From Chrysochromulina tobinii (lineage: Eukaryota): DNA of 64,000 nt. Positions 1 through 12,457 of this stretch are shown here, piece by piece; the first letter of the stretch is position 1; each line of letters begins with the position of its first letter. The stretch is from the NCBI GenBank assembly GCA_001275005.1, contig JWZX01003325.1:1-64000 (forward strand), in the 5' to 3' direction. Position numbers and translations under genes: made by a program. The notes under the pieces are model-generated. The model was not told the DNA's origin and made no database searches. It saw only the letters and a program-made list of their open reading frames with translations.

Positions 1-487
1 CTCTCGACTTCGAACACCGTGTGAACTGTGTTCCGTGGTGCCGAAAGAGAGAGCAGCGTGGGGTAGTCCGTCTTCGGTTAGAGAAGGATCTGGGCCGCCT
101 CGACTAAGCTGCTCTCCAAGCTCTTTCTCTTCAAGCTCGATCAACCCCGAGAGTGTGCACAAAGTGTGCATGGATTCATTGATGATCCGGAGCTGGACGA
201 TCCTCTCCCGCGTCCCGGTGTGCATTGGTGATTGGACTCACCTCGTACGTATCGACGCGACACACACCACATTTGACACAATTTTTGCGTAACCGAACGC
301 GCACGCGCGCGCGTATAGCTCGGCTGGCCGTCATGCTGGCCGAGCGTGCGCCGTGCCGTGCGACGCAGATAGGGCGTACGGCGGTCGGCGTGACCCAGCG
401 GTATACCCTCCGTCGCGTGTGGGCACGTGTGTACCGTACCCGGTACCGGTGTACTAACACAAAAATACCATTTCCTATTCGATTTAC

Positions 488-982
488 CTCGACAACACAA
501 CCATCGATGAGGTCAGTTGAATGTTCAACGGTGGCGATAGCGGTGGCGAGGGCGGTGGCCGATAGCGGTGGCGGTGGCGGTGGCGAGGGCGGTGGCGATA
601 GCGGTGGCGGAGGCGAGGGTGGCGGTGAAGGCAGGGGAGGCGAGGGTGGCGGCGGCGATGGCGGTGGCGGCGAAGGGGAAGGAGATGGGAATGGCGGCGA
701 GGGTGGTGGCGATGGCGGAGGCGGTGAAGGCGGTGGAGATGGTGGTGGCGACGGTGGCGGCGAGGGTGGAGGCGAGGGTGGTGGAGACGGGGGAGGTGAG
801 GGTGGAGGCGAGGGCGGAGGAGGCGAGGGTGGTGGCGAGGGTGGAGGCGACGGTGGTGGTGACGGCGGAGGTGAGGGTGGTGGTGGCGAGGGTGGCGGCG
901 GCGAGGGTGGTTGCAAGGGTGGCGGTTGCCCCTGTCCCGCCGCGAGCAGAAGGAAAGGCAGCAAGATCCGCGACACCATCAT
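488..982 (-). CDS. First exon of a secreted Ser-Pro(n)-rich extensin/pherophorin-like protein (gene continues leftward; downstream exons not resolved)
   Basis: ATG at 982, signal-peptide-like MMVSRILLPFLLLAAGQGQ, long SPPP/SPPPP repeats, probable donor GAG|GTAAAT at 487 and another GAG|GTGAGT near 240. Confidence 0.65.
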
Positions 983-1706
983 GTTGAGACGTAGGTCATC
1001 CATCCAAAAATCAAGTTTCTCTTTCAATCCAGGCGCAATTCCATCTCATCCAGGCGCGGCAGGCCCCCCGCTCTGTGGGGAAATGCAAAGGCCTGCTCTC
1101 AATCCGACAGTTGCGGTCCCCCTGTGCGCACCAAACTTCTCGTCTTCCCACAGCCCGCGGAAGCAGAAGTGCTTGCGAAACCATGTTAAGTGTCTTGCGG
1201 ACGCACTTCCTCTTCCGGGTGGTGATTTCGACTCGTGTGGAGCACTACATGTAGGTTTTTGTCCTTGGTTTTTGTACGTAATTAAATAAGTTATGTCGGT
1301 AATTATGTATTTGTACGGTCCATTTGTACCTTGATTTGTACATGTACATGTGTAGTTGTGTACGATGTTGACTCTCATGTATTCTAGCTCTCAGTCGAGA
1401 GCAGAGTGGTCCCGCCCACCCACCGCGATTGTAAGCCTGGTCTAGCTTTAGCAGGGACCGGGTTGAGTCGCGCACATGCAGTGCTACACAAGCAGCCACG
1501 CCTCAAGTGCCTCCGCCGCCAGTGTAGCACACTAGCACTGTATGTAGCTCTGATCATGTCTGATGAACAGCCTGATGAACAGCAATTCAAATCAAACACG
1601 CGACCAAGTTTACTACCGCGTGTCTTGTGCGTGGGCCCCCGCGGAGACTTTTCACAGGGTAGCGTGTTTTCTGTCTTCTGAGAATTTGGACGCGTGAACG
1701 TGCACA

Positions 1707-3224
1707 ATGGCGGCGGAGCCCGCGATCGGTGAGGCGGCCACCGGTGCTTCCTCGCGGCATTCGATCGCGCTTTGCTGCGACTTCTTCTACCCGTCTATAG
1801 GCGGTGTCGAGAGCCACGTGCACCAGCTCGCGCAGGGCCTGTTGCGCCTCGGCCACAAGGTGATTGTCGTCACGCATCGGTACAGCTCGCGTACCGGCGT
1901 GCGCTGGCTCGCGAGCGGCCTCAAGGTGTACCACGTGCCATTCCCAGCCGTATACGATGGCAGCATGCTTCCAACGGCCGTGCTGCTCATGCCGCTGCTT
2001 CGCGACATCTTCGAGCGCGAGAGCGTCACCGTTGTGCACGCGCACGCCTTGTGCACCATCTCGCTCGAGGCGGTCGTGCTTGCGGCGCTGATGGGCTACC
2101 GCGTCGTGTACACGGAGCACTCCAACTTTGGGCTCTCGGGCGTGCTTGATGGCAGCCTGAACCTCCTCTCGCGCGCCGTGCTCGCGCACGCCGACGCCCT
2201 CATCAGCGTCTCTCGCTCGTGCGCCGCCAACCTGGCACAGCGCTGCTGGCTCCCACCCTCACGCGTGCATGTGATCCCGAACGCGGTGGACGCGGCGCAC
2301 TTCCAGCCGGCAGTGTGTAACGTGCGCCCGGCCGGGCGCGTCGTCATCGTCGTGCTCACGCGCCTCGTGCGTCGCAAGGGCGCTCTGCTCCTCACCCAAC
2401 TGATACCGGAGGTGTGCCGGCGCCACGCGGACGTTCACTTTGTCGTCGGCGGCGAGGGACCGAAGCGTTCGGCACTCGAGGCGATGCGAGAGCGGCACGG
2501 GCTGTGCGGGCGCATCGAGCTGCTCGGCGCTGTCGCCCACCGCGACGCGCCCGCCGTGCTTACGCGCGGCCACATCTTCTTGAACACGTCGCTGACCGAG
2601 GCCTTTTGCATCGCGATCCTCGAGGCCGTGTGTTGTGGGCTGACGGTGGTCTCTACGAACGTGGGGGGCGTGCCTGAGCTGCTGCCAGCGCACATGCTCC
2701 ACCTGACCGAGCCCACTGCCGCCGCCCTCCTCAGCGTGCTTGATGATGTGATACCGACCGTACGTCGCACGCCGCACGCCGCAGTGGCCTTCCACGACGA
2801 GGTCGCCTCCAGGTACTCGTGGCACCGCTGATGACCTCTGATGAGCTCTGATGAGCTCTAATGACCTCCGATGACCTCCCTCATCAGGTACTCGTGGCAC
2901 CGCGTCGCCGCCCAGACAGCACGCGTGTACGACGGACTGCTGACGCCCGGGACGGCGCGCCCAAAACTGTGCAGTCGACTGCACCATCTGCTCTTTGGCG
3001 CTCACCTCGGGCCGCTCGCCGCCCTCGTCGCGATCGCGGTGCTCTTGGTGCAGTGGGTGCTGCTGTGCTGGCTGCGCTGGTGGCGACCCGCTGAGCACAT
3101 AGAGCGCGCGCCCGACTTCCCCACAGCCGCGTGTGAGGCGGCGCCCTCCAAGTACGATCCGCTGCCTGTGAAGGACGAATACTTGAGGGTGCTTGTGGCG
3201 AGGAGGACGTTTGTCCGGACTTAG
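1707..3224 (+). CDS. PIGA: Phosphatidylinositol N-acetylglucosaminyltransferase catalytic subunit (GPI anchor step 1), 2 exons, ~480 aa; intron 2813-2887
   Basis: CCDFFYPSIGGVESH..LAQGL..GHKVIVVTH, VYTEHS, IPNAVD, FLNTSLTEAFCIAILEA, STNVGGVPE and a C-terminal TM segment. Removing the 75-nt GT-AG intron joins two same-frame ORFs (ASR|YSWHRVAAQ). Confidence 0.95.
2813..2887 (+). mobile_element. Introner-like intron (type example): 19-bp exon duplication plus CTGATGACCT-type repeats ending CTCCCTCATCAG
   Basis: caggtactcgtggcaccgc is present at 2810-2828 and 2885-2903. Related repeat and acceptor cores recur in the introns at 9805, 37383, 39624, 53874 and 60271. Confidence 0.6.
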
Positions 3225-3769
3225 GTGACGGGTCCAAGAGAGAAAAATTTGGCTCGGGTCGGCTTGTACAACATGAGCCCCGAACCGAACCCACGATACA
3301 CCGCCAAAAAATAGTATACGACGAAGTCGCCCCGGCCACGCGCACGCCGGCGCAGCCATCGCCGATCGCGCCGAAAGATCGGCATCGGGTGGCAGCTACT
3401 CCCCCCGTGTGCCAGCGTCGCGTTTGAGGGCTCGCTAGTAGTACTACGTAGTACAATAAGTTGAGCTACTTGAACTCTTGAGCCTAGTTTTGCCCCTCAT
3501 GCTGTTGTAATCACACAGCCGCTCGGCTCAATGTCAATCAAGAATCATCAATCCTGTCGTGCTCGACGCGACCGCGAGGCAGCGCGACGAGCGCGACGTG
3601 CCAACGCGAGTCGCGACGATCAAGGCTAGGTAACCGTGTCAGTGCGAGCGCCAGGAGCTGATGTGTGCAAAGAAACACATATTAGCGTCACATATCGCGA
3701 CTACACGCTACGCCGTTCTAAACAATTCGTCTTCACTCAAAGATACTATACTAGTTACTACTACGCTTC

Positions 3770-6700
3770 TCACTTGTTGCATGATCGATGATGGGTAGCT
3801 TCTCCACTGCTAAATACTTGATGCGGCGGAGGGGGAGGCGAGGGAGCCACGATGGGAGATTGATCTAGGGACGAGATTTTGATCCCTCTCCTGCTCAAGG
3901 TGGGGGAGTGCTCACTCTGCAGCTCCCTCTCCCAGAGATTGCCGTTGCGGCCACTGCCCCCCTCGCTCAACGTTCCCCTCGGCGATGCCGATGCGGGGGT
4001 GGCAACGGCAACAGACACGGGCGGCAGCATCGCATACACAGCCTCGCGGCTCGCGACCAGCACGAGGTTGCCGCCGTCCGCTGCCCCGATCGCATGCTCC
4101 AGAGGGAGCCATTGTTGCTGAGGCTCCGCCTCGGGGTGGTGTACTTCCACCGCGTTCGGCAGCACGCTGATCGTCGCACGGCCGCGCGCGGCGCAGTCGA
4201 GCGGCGTCTGGCGCCAGTGGATGGTCGAGCGCTTGGCCACGTGTCCATTCGGATCGACGAAGAGGCCAAGCTGCCGCTCGCCCGCGCGCGGCGGTGGCTG
4301 CAAGACGAGGAGCGTGTTCTCAGAGAGGCGGCGTAAAAAGGGGGCTCCGTAGTCGGCTGCGAAGCGGAAGAGCTCTCGCACGCATCCGGAGCCGATGGAG
4401 ATGAGCACGTACTCGTCCGGGTGGGCGACACAGAGCGAGTGCGTGCCGCAAAAGGCGAGCCCTAAGATGGGTACCGGTATCACGAGGGAGCGACAGTCTG
4501 ACACGATCGAACGGTCCACCGGTAGCGCTCCTCCAAGCGCCGTCCCGAGCGCCGTCCCGACAGCCGCCCGGTCGGTTGCGCGTGCGCGATCAGCCAAGTT
4601 GGCGAGAACCATCACCCCAATGCCGCGCGCAACGGCCCTCTCGGTTGCATGCGTGCTCGCGAGTGCGATCAAGCTGCCGCCACGCCGGCGGGTGGCGATG
4701 GCGAGATGAGTGCCCACGTGGCCGTCGGGTAGCGGCAGCGGGAGAGCGTGCGTTAGACGCTGCTTCCATGCGTGCGCCGCGCCCTTGTCGCTCAGCGACA
4801 CGAGGCGCGCACGCGTGCTGTCCGCTGTACCGACAAAGGCAAGGGTGACCGCGGGCTCAGCACAGCGCGTGCGAGCAAGCTCAGTGGTGGTGAGCCGAAC
4901 CACATGCTGGCGAGATGCGCCACCGCTGCCCGGGGCTGGGCCATAAGGAGGCGGTGTCTCACTTGCGTCTCGGCGGGAACCGCTGCCCGGGGCGGGAGAC
5001 GGTGACTCACTTGAGTCTCGGCGGGACCTTGCCAGCGCGGAGTCCGTCGCTAACGATGCCTCCACCGCCACGGCCGCTTCAACCACTTCCGCATCTGCCT
5101 CCTCCGCCGCCCCCGCCTTTGCCAACTTGCCCTCGACGTGTCCCTCGCCTTCGTCCTCATCCTCTCCCCCATCCTCATCGATGCCTTCGAAGGTGCTGGC
5201 GGCCACGCCCACGACGGCGCCCTCGCCAACGAGTCCCAGGAGGCCATTGACGAATCTTGAGCGGGGCGGCGTGGGCGGCGAGGGCTGCGAGGGCTGCGAG
5301 GGCGGCGGGAGCTCGGCTGCGGTCTCGGCTTTGGTCTCAGCTGCGGCCGGTGGCGGGAGCAGAGGCGGGGGGGCAAGAGGAGCGGGGACGAGAGGTGACA
5401 GCTGATGACGACGGCCAACGGCCGTTGCCGCTGAGAGCGATGTGGCCGATGGCGGTGTGATCACAGCGATGGCCGATGGCGGTGTGATCACAGCGACGGG
5501 GAGCTGCGTCGAGGGGGTGGGCGGCGGTGCTGACGGCGGACGCGGCGGCGTTGCGTCGGCGGTGGCGGCACGGGCCGCGGGAGGGTCGGCGCCCACAGAT
5601 GAAGCGGCATGGACCTGCGGCGCAGAGACGGCAAGCATGGCACAGCTCATGAGACAGGCTCAACCAGCGGGCTCGGCCAGCGGGCAGCGAGAGGGGGCGA
5701 GGAAGGGGGCGAGGGGAGGAGAGAGAGCATGGGCATGGGGTTGGGGATGCACGGAAGCCAGGATCAGCAAGGGGCCCCCGCCTGACGATCGGCCCTCTGC
5801 ATAGGTGCTCCTGGCGGCCCGTGAGAGTGCTATGCGAGAGTACTGTCCCTCCATTCTCCATGGGAAGATGGGAGAATTAAGGGCGAAACCCTCACGAATC
5901 ACGAAGGGAGGAGGGGAGGTGGGGTGAGGTCGGCGGCCAGTCGGGCAAGGCACACCTTGTACAAGATGAGGGTGCCGTCGCTCGTGCAGATGGCAAGCCC
6001 GCTGCCCGCGGCAGCGATGCTCACGATACGTAGGCCTGGCTCACTCGCACACGCGCCGCTGAGAGGGACGAGCTGCCACCTGTCAGCCATCTCCCGCGAG
6101 TCCCGCGACGCGCGCACGCGCGGCGGGAGGGCGGGCAGTAGATCGAGCAGAGGAGCCCCGTCGGCCGGATCCGAAAGCGACGCCGCACACGCGACGCAGT
6201 GCCCCGCGCGCGCAATGGGTGTGTCCGTGCCGAGCGCCCACGCGTGCAGGTACGCCCGTCGCATGAGCTCAAGGGAGGCGAGCCACCTGTGGAACAGAAC
6301 GGCGCTGTGGTGAGCACTTGCATGCAAGGTGTCCTCAGGCTCAAGGGAGGCCGAGCCACCTATCGCGCTGCGCACGCGCCGCCGCGCCACGTCCGAATCG
6401 CAACACCACCGGCTCGGCGCCCGGGCCATCGATGTTGATGCGTAGAAGAGCTTCGCCCAGCGTGGATGCGGCGGGCTGGACGGCACGGAGGGCGTGCAGC
6501 GAGGCTGCTGTGCGAAAGCCAAAGCCGGCGCCAAAGACGAGGGATCCAAAGATGAGGCGCTCCGAGGTGAGCACCAGCAGCCCCGGCATGCCGAGGGATT
6601 GGTCTCTGACGGACGAGCGAGAGGCTCGCATAATGAGGAGCTCGCGCGCCTCGAGCCCAAGACGGCGCCTCCACGCGACGGACGGGTGGACCGTGCCTCG

Positions 6701-7732
6701 CAGTGCCGAGTGCCATGCTTCGAAGATGCTCAGCCGGAGCTCGTCAGCCACGTCAGCTTGTGGCGGTGGCGGGCGAGGCGCCGGGGGCGAGGGGCCACGC
6801 CCAACCCAGAGGCCATCGGCGGACCATCCCGACGGATCCTCCGACGCCTTCCCTGTAACTACCTTCTCGGCCGCCGCCTTGTCGGCCGCCGCCTGGTCAA
6901 CAGCTGCCTGGTCGACCGCTGCGCTCACGGCTGCTGCGCTCTCTGCCGCAGCCTTCTCTGCTGCAGCCTTCTCTCCCGCAGCCTTCTCTGCTGCAGCCTT
7001 CTCTCCCGCAGCCTTCTCTTCTGCAGGCTCAGCGTTTGCACCGGCAGCGGCGGTCGACAGGGTGGCGAGCGCCGCGCCAGTCGCAGTGGTAGCGCCGCCG
7101 TCACCCTCAGCTTCCTGCTCATCCGAGCTGCCCACCTTGCTCGCCTCAGCCGCCGTTTTAGGCGCGACGTACGAGGCGCGGCGCACCAGGCCCCCATCGG
7201 CGCGGCGTACCAAGCCGCTGTCAGCGCGACGCATGAGGCCGCTATCGGCGCGATGCACGAGGCTGCCCTTCGTCCCTAATGCACGAGGCTGCCCATCATC
7301 CAGAGGTGCGTCGCCGCCGCCGCCGAACGAGGGCACCATCTCCGCCCACGCTGAGCTGGGCTCTCTCGACCTGTCTCTTGAAGCAGCGAGGCCGAGGGAG
7401 GAGACAACCGCCGAGGAGACGACGTCGAAGCTCAGGTCGAGCAAGCCACCCCCCGACGGCGCAGGCTTAGCAGCGGCGAGTGCTTGCATGCGTCGACCCT
7501 CGGCCTCGGACGCGGCCACTCGGCGCTGCATCTGGCTCAGAGCTTCCCACAGCAGATCGAGATCTGGCGCGCCCATCACCTGGAGGAGCTCGCCGCCATC
7601 AGAGGCAATTAGGGGCGATCTGAGGCAATCAGAGGCAATTAGAGGCAATTAGAGGCAATCACCTGGAGGAGCTCGCCGCCAAATCGATCAAAGTCCGAAC
7701 GATGGATGGTCTCAACAGCAGCGGAAGCGGTC

Positions 7733-7769
<37 letters not shown>

Positions 7770-10700
7770 TGCCGCCGCCGCCGCCGCTGCCACCCTCCGC
7801 GCCGTTGTCCTCCCGTAACCGTCGGAAGAAGTGCACTGGATCTACTTGGCTGCTGCGCCGGCCGCCGCCGCCCACGCCCCACGCCCATGGAATCCCGAGC
7901 CCCCACCCCGGCGGTGGGCCCGTCGCCGCGCCGCTCGCGTCCGTGCCGGTAGGCTCAGCGAGGGAGCGTAACCCAAGACTGAAGGCGCCGCGCTGTTGGG
8001 CGCCAATCGATTGCCACCTCTCAAGGAACGCGCCCGGCGCGCTCTCGCCGCCGCCGCCGCCGCCGTTACGGTCGGCATCGTCGTCATCGTCGCCGGTGCC
8101 ACAGTCCTCGCATGCCTCTGCATGCAGCTGAGCCTCGCGCTGTGCCTGCCCTTCCAAATAGGCGCGTGCCCACACGGCGAGCAACGGCTGACGCTGTGGG
8201 GAGCTCGCGGCCGGCGACGGGTGCGACGCGGGCGCTCCCGCATGGATGCCCAGCGGCAACATGGCGCCGCTGCGTTGGTGGATGCCGCCTCCCGCGGCGG
8301 CGGCGGCGGCCGCCACATCACTCAGCGTGCTCCGCAGCTTAGCTCGCCACTCGGCGGGTTGAGACGCGGGAGCAGCTTGATGCGTCGAGGGCGTCGAGGG
8401 CGTCGGCGTGTGTGGCGAGGCGGAGGGTGACGTGAAGCGAAGCGTCGCGAGCTCCGCCATCTGCCGCGCGTCGAGTCGGGCGAGACACTGACTGACAAGC
8501 ACCAGGAGCGTTGCGTCCTGGGGTGCGCGCTCCATTCCATCGACCTTGCCGGCGCCGCCGCTGCCGAGCGGCTTGAGCAGGTCGGTGGTGCTGCTCGCGC
8601 GCACATCGAGGATGCTCGGGCCGTTGCATTTGCCACGCCGCTTGTGCGCGCGCCCGCGCTGGCGCTGGCGCGACGAGTGCTGCCGTTCAAGCTGCTCTTG
8701 CGCCGCCTGCAGCACGCTGAGCGCCTCGACCGGCGCACTCGCCCGCAAGAGCTCACGCGCATGCATCAGGTGGAGGGGTATGAGCGTCGGCGCCGCCGAG
8801 ACCGCTGCCTTGCATGCACGGAGTAGCACGGCGCTCGAGTCGCGCTCGTCACGGCGCTCGTCCACGTCCCATTCGAGCGTCTCCCAAATTTGGGTCAGCG
8901 CCGTGCCGAGCACCCGTGCAGTACTCGCGTTCGGGGGGGGCTCGAGCGTGGCGGGGGGGGGCGTGACGGGGATCCCCCAATGGTCCAGTACGTGATGGGC
9001 TGGCGCCGTACCGAGCACCTCGTGCAGAGCTTCGGGCTGCTCGCACAGGTTGTCAGGCAGCTCGAGGATAGCCAAAGAAAGCAACTCGAGGATGGCAAGT
9101 CGCTCCATGAGCCGGGCGCCGTCTCGGGCGCCGTCGCCCGGCGAGAGCGAGCGAAAGCGAGAGTTGGGCGCCATCTCGGGCGTGGGCTGGGCAGCGGGTG
9201 AGGGCGCTCCGGTCACGGCGCCGACAGGTGAGTCGGCCATTGCGCCGGCGGTGGCGAGCAGTGCCCCGATGCCGGTACCGGTCGGGTCGGACGGTGAGGT
9301 GGGCGTGCGAGTGGATGCCGCTGCCGCTGCTGCTGCTGCTGCTGCTACGCTAGACGGAGGTTGGCCTAGCTCATCAGGCTCCTCCCCGCGCTCCACCTTT
9401 TCCAGCCAGCGATGAAAGGGGGCCGAGGAGGCGAGCTTGCGCAGGAACGGGCGCCGATCACTCTGCGCTGCTTGCACCCATGCTCCCACGTCGACGTCGG
9501 TGCCGCCGTCGATCAGATACGCTGAGGAGCCACCCAAGAGCCCAAGCCAATGGGTACGCCACACGCGCTGCAACGCGCCGTTGTGAGCATCGACTGCCAC
9601 CGAGCGAGCTGAGGCGGCGACAGCGGCCGCCGCCCCCGGCACGCTCTCGTTGAGGTCCGTCGCCGCCCCCGGCACGCTCTCCTCCTCCTTGAGGTCGGTC
9701 GACTCCTCCAGCCGAGGCGGCGACGCGAGCCACTCGGCCATCTGACGAACGAGCCAGGCGCGCTCCAAGGGGGGGAAGCGCTCGAGGGGCTCGAGGGGGG
9801 GCACCTGCATGCAATGAGGGAGGCAATCAGAGGTCATCAAGGGAAGCGCTCGAGGGGCTCGAGGGGGGGCACCTGCAACGTGCCCAAATCGAGGTTGAGT
9901 ACGCACACGTCCTCCGGGATGGCGCTCGCATTCTCGCCCTCGTCCTCCGCATCCGCCGCGAGGGCGCCCGCGACGGCGCGCGCCTCGCGAGCACCAGCCG
10001 CCTCGCCCTTCGCCTCTTCCTCCTCCTCGCCCTCCTCCTCCCCCTCCTCGCCCTCCTCCTCCCCCTCCTCGCCCTCCTTCTCCTCCTCGCGCTCTCCAGC
10101 CCCCGAGGTACGCGCGCGGGCCGAGGGCCGGGCAACGGCCCCCTCCCGCAGCAGGCCGATGAGAAATGGGCACGGCGCCTCGAGGTACTGGTGCCATGCG
10201 GAGGGGAGGAGCGGGATGTACGTGTGCGGCCACTCGAGCGGGCGGAGCAACGCGAGCACCGCCTCCGCCGCCTCGCCTAGCCATCGATCACTCGCGCTCA
10301 CCACTGCCAGCCGCAGCTCCGAAAGCAACACCTCGACCGCCGTGATGGCCACCTCCACACCCACACGGTGCACAAAGGCATAGAGCGAAATGCCTAAAAT
10401 GGGCGGCGCGCCCGTGGGCGTCGCGCGTAGCACGTGCGTCGTCCAGCGAGTCGGCGCCCCAAGCCGAATCCGAAGCTCCACCCCAGGCAGCGGCATCGGC
10501 AGCCGAAGCAGCGCGCGCGCCACCAAGCGCGCCTCGGCGGCGCCGCGCAGCGTGGCTGCGCGTAGCGTGCGCAGCGCCGAGAGGAGCTGTTCCAGCAGCG
10601 GCACGTGCGAGAGCAGGCACAGCGAGCACGGCGTCCATGCGCCGCCTTCCTCCTGCTCGAAGAAGGTGAGGCTCGCCGCGTGGATGCGCGTGCCGTCCTC

Positions 10701-10916
10701 GAGCGTGAGCGCTGCGGTTAGCTCGAGCTCCTCGGGCGGCGCCTCGCCGCGCGGCGCAGCAACCCATGCACCCGCGGCCAAGGCAAACGCCGCGATGCCT
10801 GGCGGATGCGGCAAGTAGCTGCGGTCGACCTGCGGCCAGCGGCACAGCACGCGCGGCCGCCGCTGGGCGTCCACGCCGATGAGGCTGATGTAGGCAACGA
10901 GCGGGTGCGTCGCCAT
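3770..10916 (-). CDS. DENN-domain (Rab GEF-like) protein with GRAM/PH-like and C-terminal CNH (Vps39/Vam6-like) domains, ~2,190 aa; introns 9805-9872, 7580-7662, 6287-6359, 5615-5955
   Basis: uDENN/cDENN motifs (LTLEDGTRIHAASLTF, SLCLLSHVP, LLRPLEWPHTYIPLLP, YLEAPCPFLIG, VCVLNLD); dDENN-like PFLRKLASSAPFHRWLE; GRAM-like GLLVLTSERLIF; CNH-like LAICTSDGTLILYK|V and GLFVDPNG...IHW. All four introns are GT-AG and frame-consistent; the 5615-5955 intron is the least certain. Confidence 0.8.
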
Positions 10917-12457
10917 CCAAGACTAAGTTTGGCCACAGCCGCGTGCACGCGCAGCTTCGCCGGAGCCGCCTGCCTGCCAGCCCTGGGCACGAGTCTGGTG
11001 ACGAACCCTAGTCGCGTGAACACGTTCACGTTCACGTTCACGTTAAATTGAATGTCGCGTGAACGGTGAAACGGCACTGTTGCCGCTTGACCCCAACAGT
11101 TAAGCGACCGTGAACTCAACGTGTGATGAGACTGTTGGCAGAGCTACCATAGGGGCCCAACCAGGGGGAAGGGGTATTGGCATATATCAGGTACCGTGCG
11201 GACGCATACCGGGAGATATGCTGCTCACGTTTCAGATTCAAGGGAATCTCGAAACTGTTTGATGCGCATCCCGATTTAATTCCAACGGGAGGCATGGACT
11301 GGGTGCATACACCTCGTTGCGGGGAGATCAGCGAACGATGGTGACTCTCAAGGGGGGGGGGAAGTAAGTGCACGCGCCGTCTCCGTCTCAAAGGACGGCT
11401 CCGTCCCCTCGGTCAACACAAGTACTGAGTTCTCTCTCGCTCGGACTGCTCAATTTCGCTCAAAGTGAGGTCGGCATCTGGGTTGGTCTCTCCGGTTCAG
11501 CACACAGGGTGATCCCTGGTGCTCGCTGCCCTATACAACCGGGCGGGATTGTTGAGATAGGCAATCAGGTGGGGGATGGGGGGAGGGGGGAGTGGGCTTA
11601 GGACTTTGTCAACCGTCATCATAACTCTGCCGTTGTTGTTTTGCCGCAGCCTCTAGTACCCCCGCCGGCTCACCACACTCCACCGTCTCAAACGTGCAGC
11701 GTGAGCGTTAACGCGACAAACGCGGCAACCGGTGCTACCTCCCGCTCAGAATACACACACCTTACATGACCCCATAGACTGTACGTATGGCGCGGAGCAT
11801 GCGCGAGCTCGAGGCGTTGAGGATTATTTGGGCGTCCACATCGGCTTGGATGGCGGTGGAATATGGGGGGACGATATGAATACATGTATGGAATATAAAT
11901 ACGCCGGGACGATTGGAATATGGGGACGCCGGCGGCCCTCGCCGTACCGCGGTGTCGTCCGGTGGCGCCGGGGAGGCGCGACCGCGCGAGACGCGCGAGG
12001 AGGCGACGGATGGTCATGAACGTGGCCACGAGCGCGCCGGTGGTGAGAGCGAGTGTTTTAAATAGGTCTCGGCGGTCAGGTTTGTTATGTGGGACTGACT
12101 CACTGTGTCGGTGCCGACATTGACTGCCGACAGTAAATGCCGACAGCCGATCGGCGGATTCGTCATGTCGCTGCGGAATTCCGCGCGGCTCTACATCAAA
12201 GTCCTCACATGTTGACCCAGGGATTAACAGGGGTGCGGAGCAGTCCTTTGCGGGGACCGCGACGAAACCGACATTCTATCTGAAAGTTCGCACGAAATTA
12301 ACCCGAAATGGAAACCAAAGTCCCGCGTCACGGAAAATAACTGCAATGCGACCAGGTTGAAATTTCATTCCAAGTGAAGTCCATCCAGAGCTCCATTCCA
12401 AGAGGAGTCCATCCAGTAATCGCCGCTTTCGCAACTTACGGCCGACCGGAGAAAGCG

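Noticed and set aside
225..1289. 354-aa Gly-rich ORF on the + strand
   Set aside because: Antisense shadow of the Ser-Pro repeat gene; the minus strand has the signal peptide and splice donor.
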